From an uncultured Hyphomicrobiaceae bacterium (GTDB lineage Bacteria; Pseudomonadota; Alphaproteobacteria; Rhizobiales; CALHAX01): 64,000 bases of DNA. The stretch covers positions 7,892 to 71,891 of the forward strand of contig CALHAX010000008.1 in NCBI GenBank assembly GCA_937931785.1. Direction: 5' to 3'. The position numbers and the translations under genes were made by a program. Under the pieces are notes generated by a model. It was not told where the DNA came from and did not search any database. It saw only the letters and a program-made list of their open reading frames with translations. Below are positions 47,678 to 57,879 of the stretch, piece by piece; position 1 is the first letter of the stretch, and each line of letters opens with the position of its first letter.

Positions 47678-48730
47678 ATGGAGGAAGGCAAGCCACAATC
47701 ACCACTGGTGATCGCAGGGCAAACCGTTGAATCAGGCAAGCAGAAACTGATCGACATCCCCGTCGCACACTTGTCGAACCACATTCCGGTCACGCTGCCT
47801 GTGCATGTCGTGCACGGAAAAGAGCCGGGTCCTACGGCGTTTGTCTGCGCCGCCCTGCATGGCGATGAACTGACGGGTGTCGAAGCGATCCGTCGCATTA
47901 TGCGAATGCCGGAGTTGAACGATCTGAAGGGCACACTGCTCTGTGTCCCAGTCGTGAATGGTTATGGTTTCATCGTCCATTCCCGTTACCTGCCGGACCG
48001 GCGTGACCTCAATCGACTGTTCCCGGGAACACCGCGTGGTTCGCTCGGTGCGCAACTCGCACATATTTTCATGAATGAAATTGTCGATCGGTCTGATTTC
48101 GGCATTGATTTGCACACCGCCGCCGTCCACCGGCACAATCTACCACAAATTCGCTCAACCTTCGTCACGGCGCGGTCTCGTGCGCTGGCAAAAGCGTTTG
48201 GCGCACCTGTACTGCTGTCGTCGCCGGAGCGACCAGGGTCACTGCGACAGGCCGCATCCGAGCGTGGCATAGATGTGCTGGTTTACGAAGGTGGCGAAGG
48301 TCTGCGTCTGGACGAACTTTCGATCCGCTCCGCCGTTCGCGGTGTCTTGCGCGTGCTGGCATCCAACGACATGATTGCACTGCCGGATGACGACGGGAGC
48401 GATGTTACGCCTGTCTTCGCCCGCTCAAGCAAATGGATACGAGCACCCGAAGGTGGTGTGGTGCGCACGTTCAAGACATCGGGAGACAGCGTCGTGGCTG
48501 GTGAGGTCATGGCGATGATCGATAGTCCCTACGGTGACAGTGAAATGGAAATTCCTGCCGAGTTTGACGGTATCATTATCGGTCGAACCAACATGCCCGT
48601 TGTCAACCTCGGTGATGCCCTCTTTCACGTCGCCCGAGTACGCACGCTTGAGGATGCCGAGATCGCAGTGGAAGACCACGCGCGCGAACTCGAAAGCGAC
48701 CCGGTCTTCGATGAAGACGAAATCATATGA
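47678..48730 (+). CDS. Succinylglutamate desuccinylase/aspartoacylase-family M14 peptidase
   Basis: HGDELTG, SRYLPDRRDLNR.FPG, IDLHT, YEGGE. Confidence 0.92.
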   Translation: MEEGKPQSPLVIAGQTVESGKQKLIDIPVAHLSNHIPVTLPVHVVHGKEPGPTAFVCAALHGDELTGVEAIRRIMRMPELNDLKGTLLCVPVVNGYGFIVHSRYLPDRRDLNRLFPGTPRGSLGAQLAHIFMNEIVDRSDFGIDLHTAAVHRHNLPQIRSTFVTARSRALAKAFGAPVLLSSPERPGSLRQAASERGIDVLVYEGGEGLRLDELSIRSAVRGVLRVLASNDMIALPDDDGSDVTPVFARSSKWIRAPEGGVVRTFKTSGDSVVAGEVMAMIDSPYGDSEMEIPAEFDGIIIGRTNMPVVNLGDALFHVARVRTLEDAEIAVEDHARELESDPVFDEDEII

Positions 48731-48792
48731 CCGGATCGCCGCGGAGGGCGGCTTGTTCGCTCCTACTTTGTGCGCGTATCGTTCGAGAGCGG

Positions 48793-51700
48793 TCACTGTA
48801 CGCGCCAGCCACGTGCATCTCCTCCCGGTGCGGCGAATGTGATGCCGTCATCACCCCGCGTCACGATAGAACAGATACGCCGACCATCGGCCAGGTAGGA
48901 GAGGCGGAAGCAGATCTGATCGTCGGTCACGCTCCATCGCCCGTTATCGATCCCCGTGGAGCCAAACGTTTCATCCAGCATGACCTCGGCTTGCAACGCT
49001 CCATTGGCGTTGAGGCGAAGCGTGAATCGCTGGCCGCCAAAATCCCGCCCGCCGCGAATGGTCTTGCCGGATAACGCGGTGCGGAGATCTTCGATCGGCA
49101 CTTCTGGGACACTCGCTGCATCAGATTTTGTCCCTGCATCAGGTTCCAAAGATGGCGTAGTCGTCTCGGCGGGAACAACGGTTTCTGACGCTCCAGTGCT
49201 CTCCGTTCCTGCTCCAATCTTGACCTTCGGAGGGACAGGTTCCGTTATTTTCTTCGCTGTCGTGGCGCTGTCAGGTGTTGGCGATGTCAAACTTTCGGAT
49301 GTCGGTTGCGTTGCACTTTCTGTTTCCGCACCTGCAATTCTTTTAACCGTCTTCGGGGCATCCGGCTCAACCGTTCCGGTTGCGTCCGTTTTGGCGGCCG
49401 TGTCTGATGTCACAGATGCACCGGCTTCATCCTTGTCAGCCTGACCAAATCGCGATGTTGCATCGATGCTTTTGCGTTTCGGCTGCATCGCATCGTCAAG
49501 CGCATGCATCATGCTGTCGATTTTCATCTTGTCAGGCTCGGCCCCAACCAACCAGGCAGCCGAGAGCGCAAGGGCGACCCCGATCAGGATGCCCGCCGCC
49601 CACGCCAAGGGACTCGCCGAACCTGCTTGTCCAATGGTCTCCGAAGTCGCGACAGCAGGTATTTCAGCTTCGCTTGCATGCGCGTCGTCCGCATCGGGCT
49701 CCGCTGACAAGGCATCCCAGTTTCCGCGCCTCAACTCAGGCAACAGCGTCGCAATGTTCTTCTCTTCCAGGATGGCGTCTGCAATCCCTTTCGCCGTTCC
49801 GGGCGGCCCAGCGACGAAGGCGCCCACAATCCGTCCGTTCTCGATCACAAGCTTGCGGCGCAACGTGTCAGGTTCGTTCGGATCGACGATTTCCTCCTGC
49901 CCGAGCTTTTTCAGATGCGGTTCGCCGTAAGCCACCACATCGATGTTATCCATCTTGAGCTTCATGACGGTGTGCGGCACGGAACTGCCTTCACGACGCT
50001 TGAGAATATCGTCCGTTGCGAGTTGGGCGTGCTGCGCCCCGAGCGTCCAGAGGCCGGATGGTCCGCTGCCGAATTCCGCAGCATCACCGATGGCATAGAT
50101 ATGCGGATCGCTGGTCTTCATCGCATTGTCGACAACAATCCCACGTCGTGTTTCGAGTCCGGAGGCGACGGCAAGTTCCGTCTCGCCGCTGACACCGATG
50201 CAGAACAGGCATATTTGCGCATCGATCACGCGCCCATCTTTCAGGACAGCACGTTCCATGCGTTCGCCCCCCTCAATGCCTGCAATTTCCGAGTTCAGAA
50301 CGATATTCATCCCAAGATCGCGAAGATGGTTGGCGAGAACGAAGCTCGATTTTTCATCCAGATTGAGGTCCATCAGCCGATCGGCACGTTGTACCAGGCT
50401 GACGTCCAGCCCCAGTTGTCGCAGCGCGTCCGCAGCTTCAATGCCCAGCACACCGCCACCTACGACAACCGCGTGACGACAGCGATTGCGTTGCGCAAAC
50501 GCGCGGATCTCCAGCGCATCATGGGCCTCACGCAGAACGAATGAACCGGGCATGTTCGCCCCCGGAATCGGCAATACGATGGGTTTGCCACCGGTCGCAA
50601 GCAGCAACTTGTCGTAACTCAGTGTCTCGCCGGTTCCGAGTGCGATATATTTGTTTTCCCGGTCGATGTCGGTGACGAACGTGTTGAGCCAGACGTTGAT
50701 CTTGTTCTTTTTTGCCCAGTCGTTCGGCAGCAGATCGAGTCCATCCAGCGCCGTGCGCCCGTAGATCGCCCGGCCGATTGCCATGCGGTTATAGAAATGA
50801 TGGTTCTCACGACTGACGACATCGATTTCGAGTGACGGGCTGGCCTGCCGCAATCGATCAGCCGCCGTCACACCTGCCACTCCGTTGCCGACAATGACAA
50901 CGCGATTCACACCCGCCATTTCAGCGAGATCTTCCGCAGGTGTTGCTGGTGTTACGGTGGCTGCAGCCGCGAGATCGGCTTCCAGATTGATCGTCACCGG
51001 TCCTTTTCGCGCTTTGCACACACAGGCCATGCGCGCCTTGCCTTCAAGGCCGAGGCGGCGCAGCGTTTCCAGTTCGGTCTTGGACGGTGGTGACAGGTTT
51101 TCCGCTCCGTCCTCAATGAACACTGGGTCAGCGCCGCACATTCCGTTGCGGCAACCGAAGTCGATCTGCACACCGGCGTCTTCCATCAGCTCGAGAACGG
51201 TCTTGCCGGGGACAAGCGAAATAGTCTTGCCTTTCGAGCGCTCAATGAGCACGGCCCGACCGCTGTTCGCAGCCTGTTCTGCGCCGACATCGGCCATGCC
51301 ACCGTCACGCATCGCAGCAACCTGAGCCTCATAGGCTTGCTCCAGTCGAAGTCCGGCGTAGAGGTTGCGTGCGGCCACTACCACAACCACAGCTTGCAGC
51401 AGATAGGCGAGAATGTCTGGCAGGCGCATGTCGAACACATCCCGCAGGCCCCCAACAATCACGGGGGCGGCAAACCAGTAGTAGAGAAAGAGCGCTGTAA
51501 CGCCGTAGATCGCGGCGACTTTGTAGATGCTTTTTTTCAGGATCGACGTCAGGATGAAAAAACTCCCAGCCGATGCGATCAACCAGAGCGCGGTCTCCTG
51601 GAAATACGCCATGTAGCCGATCACAGACGGCGAACGACCAAGCCAGAATGACAGGATCAGCCCTGGGAGCACGCCGATAAACATCTGCCGATGGCCAGCG

Positions 51701-52338
51701 TACCACGTGTCCTTGTCGGACAGGTCCGCAAAGAACGCAGATCGTGGAGAAAAATCATAGCAGTTCTTCTGGCAGCCGACACATCCGGTTTCGCAATAAC
51801 CGTTCTTCACCAACATCGCCGGGGCGTGTCCGTAGACTTTTTGTAATGGTCCGAGTGGGCAGAACGTTCCGCACCACCCGCTGCGTCCCTTGAAAATCAA
51901 TCCACCGACAAACGCGGCACCAAGTGCTGCGGCCGCCAGGAACAAGAGTGAGAGCGGCGACTCGTACAAGGTCACATGCTTCAGCGCGACGAAGATCACG
52001 AACGCAACCATGGCAAAAAGATATGAGGATTCTTTAAGCCACATAGGTAACGTGCGTTCGGCCGAAAATCCCATACGTACCGGCAACTGGTTGAAGAACG
52101 CCATCGGACAAACCTGTCGCCAGATGCCGGGCACCAGCGCGAAAATCAGTGGCAATGAGGGAATGAAGATTCGCCAGAACAGCGTAATGCCAAGCTCTGG
52201 ATCAAAGATGAGCGTGGCGAGAACGGCAAACGTAACGGCCAGAGTCACAATGCGTGCGATCACCCAGACCCACGATGGGACCCTTGTTGGCATATCGGTA
52301 TAGGGGCGGAACACACCGGTTGCTACAGGTTCGCTCAT
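48793..52338 (-). CDS. Multidomain redox protein: membrane Fe-S-binding domain + [2Fe-2S] ferredoxin + FAD/NAD(P)H oxidoreductase + TM + C-terminal extracytoplasmic domain
   Basis: WRQVCP, WCGTFCPLG, CETGCVGCQKNC; CRNGMCGADP...RMAC; GNGVAG, ATG, GGGVLGIEAA, IYAIGD; TM AWAAGILIGVALAL; GRWSV..DQICF...IC. Confidence 0.85.
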   Translation of the reverse strand: MSEPVATGVFRPYTDMPTRVPSWVWVIARIVTLAVTFAVLATLIFDPELGITLFWRIFIPSLPLIFALVPGIWRQVCPMAFFNQLPVRMGFSAERTLPMWLKESSYLFAMVAFVIFVALKHVTLYESPLSLLFLAAAALGAAFVGGLIFKGRSGWCGTFCPLGPLQKVYGHAPAMLVKNGYCETGCVGCQKNCYDFSPRSAFFADLSDKDTWYAGHRQMFIGVLPGLILSFWLGRSPSVIGYMAYFQETALWLIASAGSFFILTSILKKSIYKVAAIYGVTALFLYYWFAAPVIVGGLRDVFDMRLPDILAYLLQAVVVVVAARNLYAGLRLEQAYEAQVAAMRDGGMADVGAEQAANSGRAVLIERSKGKTISLVPGKTVLELMEDAGVQIDFGCRNGMCGADPVFIEDGAENLSPPSKTELETLRRLGLEGKARMACVCKARKGPVTINLEADLAAAATVTPATPAEDLAEMAGVNRVVIVGNGVAGVTAADRLRQASPSLEIDVVSRENHHFYNRMAIGRAIYGRTALDGLDLLPNDWAKKNKINVWLNTFVTDIDRENKYIALGTGETLSYDKLLLATGGKPIVLPIPGANMPGSFVLREAHDALEIRAFAQRNRCRHAVVVGGGVLGIEAADALRQLGLDVSLVQRADRLMDLNLDEKSSFVLANHLRDLGMNIVLNSEIAGIEGGERMERAVLKDGRVIDAQICLFCIGVSGETELAVASGLETRRGIVVDNAMKTSDPHIYAIGDAAEFGSGPSGLWTLGAQHAQLATDDILKRREGSSVPHTVMKLKMDNIDVVAYGEPHLKKLGQEEIVDPNEPDTLRRKLVIENGRIVGAFVAGPPGTAKGIADAILEEKNIATLLPELRRGNWDALSAEPDADDAHASEAEIPAVATSETIGQAGSASPLAWAAGILIGVALALSAAWLVGAEPDKMKIDSMMHALDDAMQPKRKSIDATSRFGQADKDEAGASVTSDTAAKTDATGTVEPDAPKTVKRIAGAETESATQPTSESLTSPTPDSATTAKKITEPVPPKVKIGAGTESTGASETVVPAETTTPSLEPDAGTKSDAASVPEVPIEDLRTALSGKTIRGGRDFGGQRFTLRLNANGALQAEVMLDETFGSTGIDNGRWSVTDDQICFRLSYLADGRRICSIVTRGDDGITFAAPGGDARGWRVQ

Positions 52339-52500
52339 GGGGCGGTCTCTGGCTCGTATATATTTTGCAGGAACTGTTAGCACGTTTTGAAACAGACAGT
52401 GCAGCACGCAGAGACAAGTCCACATCCTGGCACCATGATCAGGGACAACCCGTTTCGGTTCGTGACAAGAGTCGCGGCCCCCTCACGAAAACGCAGCTCT

Positions 52501-53658
52501 CTATTGTCGCAACGCCCTGCGACGGCGGTCACGAGCGATGCTACGCACCGTTCGGCCAGGTCTTGTGACCGCACTGGAGGACGCAGACCCCTTGCGGACG
52601 TAGCTTTCGCCACCCTGGCGAATGCCAGCCGTGCGCACGCCGCGCCGTGCCAGTTTTTTGCGTTGATTCGCGACCCAGCGTTTGCAGCTCGGGAGCCGCA
52701 GGTTACATTTGACAATAATTTTGGGTGCCACTGGTTTCCGCTTCGCGATCGATTTGCGGGATTGGGAAGATGCCGTCCTGCTTTTCGCCTTCGTTTTGAT
52801 TTTGGAACTGGTCGGAACCTGCCACGTCGGCACGCACTTTTCTGGTGGATTGGCCGTGTCACCTGGCGTGACATAACGCGTGCCGCAGACACGAACGCCC
52901 GGGAGTGTCTGCGTTTCCATGAATGATGCATAAATCGGTTTCAACATCGACCAGAAATCGAAGGATTTGTGCGTTCTCTTTGCCGTAAGTTTTTCGTCTG
53001 TCAGGTGGAACGGAAAGATGTGCGTTGAGACGCGCTTCTGCCCTCCTTCGAAAGACGCATCGAGAATACGATAAATTTCCTCGATACCACGGTCGGTCAT
53101 GGCGTAACAGCCGACTGATCCGCAGCCGCCATGAATTTGTAGATATGAACCCGTTCGACCATTCTGCGTATCGTAAGCATTCGGGAAATCAAGATTGACG
53201 GCGCGATGGTTTTTCGTGCGCGAGAGCAACTGCTTGCGAGTGACGGAATAAACCCCTTCCGGTGATTGTTCGTCACCTTCCTGCAGTTTTGGTCCAAGCT
53301 TTCCCGACCATTTGCAAATCTTGAAATCCTTGAACTTCTCGTATTTAGCTCCCTTCTTGAGCCACATCTCGACAACGTTCTCTTCCTTGTAGATACGCAT
53401 ATGTGCAGCGCTGCCCCAGGAAAACCCGCCATTCGCCATGTCCTTGCGAAGAATGCCCTCGATCCAACCAACCTTTGATGCGGGGGGCTTGGTCTGTATC
53501 GTCTGCAGTATGCTGGGTGTTGGTGTGGTTGTCGCAGCCGACTGGGCCAGCAACACAGTCGGCGTCGTCAATAACACGATGGCCGCAGCGGAGCCCGTGC
53601 GGAGCCAGTTGGAGGCGTTAGTGCGTCGCAGATCAAAAAGCATCGCTGTCAAATTCAT
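52501..53658 (-). CDS. L,D-transpeptidase-family protein (YafK/DpaA-like) with basic C-terminal tail
   Basis: RIYKEE, ICKWSGKLGPK..EGD.QSPEG.Y, FPNAYD, IHGGCGSVGCYAM. Confidence 0.9.
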   Translation of the reverse strand: MNLTAMLFDLRRTNASNWLRTGSAAAIVLLTTPTVLLAQSAATTTPTPSILQTIQTKPPASKVGWIEGILRKDMANGGFSWGSAAHMRIYKEENVVEMWLKKGAKYEKFKDFKICKWSGKLGPKLQEGDEQSPEGVYSVTRKQLLSRTKNHRAVNLDFPNAYDTQNGRTGSYLQIHGGCGSVGCYAMTDRGIEEIYRILDASFEGGQKRVSTHIFPFHLTDEKLTAKRTHKSFDFWSMLKPIYASFMETQTLPGVRVCGTRYVTPGDTANPPEKCVPTWQVPTSSKIKTKAKSRTASSQSRKSIAKRKPVAPKIIVKCNLRLPSCKRWVANQRKKLARRGVRTAGIRQGGESYVRKGSASSSAVTRPGRTVRSIARDRRRRALRQ

Positions 53659-53776
53659 GAAACTGAAACAAAAGACTGTGTCTGTCAGGAGGAAAATAGC
53701 GTTGAATGCGCACGAAATGCAACAGAGCTGGCGTTAACGCTGCTGTGAAAGCAGGAGGCGCGCCCTTGGGCAGTCT

Positions 53777-54922
53777 TCAGCGCGCAAGCTCACTCTCGAT
53801 AAAGTTACGCAAATCATCACTCTCGACGTCGCTCGACACGAAGGCTGAGCCAATATCCCGAACAAGAATGAACTTCAGTTGCCCACGCTCGACCTTCTTG
53901 TCCTGCGCCATCAATGTCATGAGGTCGTCAATTGCAGGAGAATCCCCGCCTTTCGTGTTGCTTGGAATGTCTACCACACGCGTGGGCAGCGCCGCCCGCT
54001 TGAAATGTGCTTCAACAACATCGGCCAATCCGGGCTCGCAAAGCCCTGTACGTTCCGAGTAGCGGAACGCCATCACCATACCGATGGAAATCGCTTCTCC
54101 GTGCAGCAGGCGATCGGAATAACCAGCCCACGCCTCAAGAGCATGACCGAAGGTATGCCCGAGATTGAGCAATGCGCGTTGCCCGTGCTCGCGCTCGTCC
54201 GCGGCAACCACCGATGCTTTAGCCAGGCAACTCGTCTCGACAGCGTGCAACACGGAGGGCTCATTTCGCGCCAGGACCGTGTCAATATTCGCATCAAGCC
54301 AGTTGAAGAACGGTCGGTCTCCCAGCAACCCGTATTTCACCACTTCCGCATATCCGGCACGAAGCTGGCGATCCGGAAGCGTTTGGAGGGCATCCGTGTC
54401 GGCCAGAACAAGCACAGGTTGGTGAAACGCGCCGATCAGGTTCTTGCCGCGAACCGTGTTGATTCCCGTTTTGCCTCCCACCGACGAGTCAACCTGAGCC
54501 AGAAGAGAGGTCGGAATCTGAACCATCCGCACGCCGCGCCGTAGGATGCTGGCAGCAAAACCCGCAAGATCACCCACGACACCGCCACCGAGCGCAATAA
54601 CAACATCGCCGCGTTCGACACCGATCGCAAGAAGCCTGTCGCAGACGTGCTCAAGCTGATCGAAACATTTCGTCGCTTCCCCGGCGGGCAAAACGATCGT
54701 GCCAGCAAGCTGTGCCGTACCGGCAAACGCAGCCTCCAGTCTTGGAAGTTGAGCCGCAGCGACGTTCTCGTCGGTAATAACCGCGCAACGCGCATCCCCG
54801 CACACGTCTGAAATCAGTCGCGCAGCACGATCGATCAACCCTGGACCGATATGGATATCGTAAGCCCGGTCATCGAGACCGACACGGACGATACACGTCG
54901 ACTGAGTCTCTGTCTTGCTCAT
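53777..54922 (-). CDS. aroB: 3-dehydroquinate synthase
   Basis: GEATK, ALGGGVVGDLAGF, LLAQVDSSVGGKTGIN, LNLGHTFGHALE, HGEA, DKK. Confidence 0.97.
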   Translation of the reverse strand: MSKTETQSTCIVRVGLDDRAYDIHIGPGLIDRAARLISDVCGDARCAVITDENVAAAQLPRLEAAFAGTAQLAGTIVLPAGEATKCFDQLEHVCDRLLAIGVERGDVVIALGGGVVGDLAGFAASILRRGVRMVQIPTSLLAQVDSSVGGKTGINTVRGKNLIGAFHQPVLVLADTDALQTLPDRQLRAGYAEVVKYGLLGDRPFFNWLDANIDTVLARNEPSVLHAVETSCLAKASVVAADEREHGQRALLNLGHTFGHALEAWAGYSDRLLHGEAISIGMVMAFRYSERTGLCEPGLADVVEAHFKRAALPTRVVDIPSNTKGGDSPAIDDLMTLMAQDKKVERGQLKFILVRDIGSAFVSSDVESDDLRNFIESELAR

Positions 54923-54952
54923 TGGTTCGTGTTCATGAGGCGATCATTCCGC

Positions 54953-55540
54953 TCAGAACCGGTTGTCGAGTTCAACAAGGATTTCGGAAACTGTGATCTC
55001 GTGCCGGACGTCGCGGCTATGAACGGAAATATCCGCCAGTGCGTAGATCGGATTACGCTCTTCAAGCAGGGCCGTGAGAACTTCTCTTGGGTCCTTGTCT
55101 TTTAGCAATGGCCGGTTGTTCCGGCGCTGCACGCGCCGAACGAGAAGCTCGATATCGGCATTCAACCAGATGGAGACACCCTTCTCAGCAATCAGCTTGC
55201 GGGTGCCTTCGTGTATGAACGCGCCCCCACCCGTTGCCAGCACTTGTGGTCCGTCCTTCAGGAGGCGCTCGATCACACGGGCTTCGCCACTACGAAAAGC
55301 GGGCTCGCCATGTTCCTCGAAAATTTCCGTAATCGTCAGTCCTGCTGCATGCTCGATTTCCGTATCGGCATCGCAGAATGGCAGCGACAGTTGTTGCGCC
55401 AGTCGTCGGCCAATAGAGGATTTTCCGGCACCCATCGGACCAACGAGAACGATAGACCGGCTGCCGATACCGGACTTGATCGCCTTGATATCAGGGGCGG
55501 TGTGTTGTGGAGGCGCGCTGAAATTGGCCTGCGAAGCCAT
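54953..55540 (-). CDS. aroK: Shikimate kinase
   Basis: GPMGAGKS, D.D..IE, GE..FR..E, ATGGG, RPLL. Confidence 0.96.
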   Translation of the reverse strand: MASQANFSAPPQHTAPDIKAIKSGIGSRSIVLVGPMGAGKSSIGRRLAQQLSLPFCDADTEIEHAAGLTITEIFEEHGEPAFRSGEARVIERLLKDGPQVLATGGGAFIHEGTRKLIAEKGVSIWLNADIELLVRRVQRRNNRPLLKDKDPREVLTALLEERNPIYALADISVHSRDVRHEITVSEILVELDNRF

Positions 55541-55774
55541 GATGACCCTTTTCTCAAGTTTTTTGTGTCCGAAGCGGCGCAAGCTTTCATAAAGTCCAGG
55601 CGCTGACAACGATTTTTGCCAAACTGTCGTTGAAGTGTAGGACAAACTTGAAGGCGCGTTTCGCAAACGTGATGCCTGACGCCGCCTTTCAACGCTGAAA
55701 ATCAGGTATTTGCAGGGGAATCGGGTCATAAAGACGCCAACATCAACCGCCAACGATCAGGTTGGAATGCCAAA

Positions 55775-55921
55775 ATGCCAAGCTTGATACGTTTTTTGGT
55801 CGTGATCGGCATCCTGGCGGGGATTGTCTGCGGAGGACTCTATGTCCTGGCGGTGTATTTCGAGCCGGCGCAGACGGAAACAGTGGAAACCGTAGGCGGT
55901 GGTGTCCGGATCCAGAATTGA
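55775..55921 (+). CDS. 48-aa single-TM protein missing from the ORF track (MPSLIRFLVVIGILAGIVCGGLYVLAVYFEP...)
   Basis: Manually translated. Its TGA is 1 nt before the next ATG. Resembles the small membrane protein commonly seen upstream of xerD in Hyphomicrobiales. Confidence 0.75.
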   Translation: MPSLIRFLVVIGILAGIVCGGLYVLAVYFEPAQTETVETVGGGVRIQN

Positions 55922-55922
55922 T

Positions 55923-57848
55923 ATGAGGCGGCTCGCACAGCGCTTTGTGGCGTTAACGCTCGGTCTGGTGGGTGTTCTGATATCTGCGAGTGCGCAGGCG
56001 GCTGAGCCGTCGCTAAAACTCAACCCCAATCGTCCGGTCATTGATGTGACACGCGAGATCTCTCGCAAGGCAGCACCCCGACGGACTGTTGTCCCAGCAG
56101 TACGTCGAAAGCGCACTCAAACCCGAACAGTGCCGGAGATCCGCCCGACTGCGCAGCGTGCCAACCCTACAGCGCGGCCAGTGCCCTCTCTGACTGTAGA
56201 GGATGTGCTGAGGCAGGAGCTACCACCGCTTGAGGATGCCAGCGACGGTGATGTCGCGCCCTCACGACCAGACGCAACGAAACGCCAAAGTCGCCGCCCG
56301 CTGCGTAAAAGAAGTCGGTCAGTCAAAGTATTGCCCGATGACGCATGGCGTGGCGTCTCTATGAAGCGATTCGAAGACATTTCGCGTGAATATGCCCGCA
56401 GACCCAGATCACGTGCCGTTCGAGATCTCTGGGTGCGCATGTTTGCCAGTTCAGCCCGACCGCCCCAGGGCGCCTACAACGCGGTCTCGTTTGAGGCATT
56501 GCGTATGCAGGCGCTTTATCGACTGGGTGCCGTGCAGCAGATTGTCGATCACGCGGACACGGTGCCTGAGGGAGCGGGCTATGCCATCCTGAACATTCTG
56601 GCCGCCAAATCCCGGATCGCACTCGGCGATGAGGAAGCCGCCTGCGCCTCGGCAAAGTCCTTGATCAGCGAAAAGGGGAAGGTCGCTGAAAGCCTGCAAC
56701 GCGAGTTTGTGGAAATTTCAGTCTATTGCGCCTTGCGGTCTGACGATCGATCGCGGGCCTCGCTGATCATGGAATTATCCCGCGACCGGGGACTGGATGC
56801 CCCAGCAACGTTCGGCGTTGTGGACGCGCTCACACTCGGTCGCGTGCCCGCACTGCCAAAGGGGCGTCGTCTGGCGCTCATTCCTGGCAAATTACTGGTT
56901 CTTGGCGGTTACAAGCCAAAGCGCCGGTTCTTTGAAATTGCGACTCCGGCTCTTCTCCTGGCGATTGCTTACAATTCTGAGGTTCCCACCGCCGTCCGGA
57001 TCGAGGCGGCAGAACGTGCGGCAGAACATGGCGTGCTACAGCCATCAGGCTTGCGCACTGTGTACCTGGAGAGTGGTCGCACGTCGGGCAAAGGCGGATC
57101 GCGCGCGGCCTCAATGCGTAAAATCGCTGAACTCGCCCGCAACCGTAACGCAAGCGGACGTGTTTTGAGCGAAGCACGCCGCCTGCTTGATGCATCGCGT
57201 CATGGCCGCCTGTATCCGGTTGTTGCTGCGATGCTCGGTCCGGACATCGGCAACTTGCGGCAAACCCGCGACGCGCAGACCTATGCGGAAACTGCAGTCG
57301 AAATTGCTGCGGCCTCCGGTCAGTACGATGCCGCGATCGGGTGGGCGATCTTTGGCTCCGCCTACACGAGTGCGGGCACGGGTGGCGAAGGGCGGAGTCT
57401 GATGCATTGGCAGATGCCAGTAAATATTGCGGATGCGCGCCGCGGCACACCGCGCGGCGCGGGCTTGGTTCCGACAGAACGGCTGGCGTTGCGCGGGCGG
57501 TTCGCCTCGGATGTCCTTCACCGTCTTGTTACGGTGCTCGACAGTCTCGGCTACACCGTCCCGATCCCGCTCTGGAACGCAGCCAGTCAATCTCCCCAAC
57601 CGGCCAAAGGGTATCTTCCGAAAACGGGCGTTCTGTCCGACCTGGCTCGTGCGTCCAAGGATCGACAGATCGGACATACACTCCTGCTTGCCATCGCGGC
57701 GCTCGGTCCGGATGGTGCCAGCAAAGCACACCTGATCGCATTGGGTGACAGCCTGCGTGCGCTGCGCCGCGCCGGTCTGGAAGATGCCGCACGCGAGATT
57801 GCGTTCGAGATGGTATTTCCGATCTGGCCACGCCAGTCACGCCGATGA
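55923..57848 (+). CDS. Secreted alpha-helical hypothetical protein
   Basis: Signal peptide ending AQA, Arg/Pro-rich linker, C-terminal L...GL...AR.IA.E. Confidence 0.8.
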   Translation: MRRLAQRFVALTLGLVGVLISASAQAAEPSLKLNPNRPVIDVTREISRKAAPRRTVVPAVRRKRTQTRTVPEIRPTAQRANPTARPVPSLTVEDVLRQELPPLEDASDGDVAPSRPDATKRQSRRPLRKRSRSVKVLPDDAWRGVSMKRFEDISREYARRPRSRAVRDLWVRMFASSARPPQGAYNAVSFEALRMQALYRLGAVQQIVDHADTVPEGAGYAILNILAAKSRIALGDEEAACASAKSLISEKGKVAESLQREFVEISVYCALRSDDRSRASLIMELSRDRGLDAPATFGVVDALTLGRVPALPKGRRLALIPGKLLVLGGYKPKRRFFEIATPALLLAIAYNSEVPTAVRIEAAERAAEHGVLQPSGLRTVYLESGRTSGKGGSRAASMRKIAELARNRNASGRVLSEARRLLDASRHGRLYPVVAAMLGPDIGNLRQTRDAQTYAETAVEIAAASGQYDAAIGWAIFGSAYTSAGTGGEGRSLMHWQMPVNIADARRGTPRGAGLVPTERLALRGRFASDVLHRLVTVLDSLGYTVPIPLWNAASQSPQPAKGYLPKTGVLSDLARASKDRQIGHTLLLAIAALGPDGASKAHLIALGDSLRALRRAGLEDAAREIAFEMVFPIWPRQSRR

Positions 57849-57879
57849 ACACGCCCCGAACGCGACAAGAAGTCCACGC

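Noticed and set aside
46156-48730. Protease-rimK-M14 peptidase triad as a novel peptide or RiPP system
   Set aside because: A common proteobacterial arrangement (rimB/rimK-type), with no precursor peptide visible.
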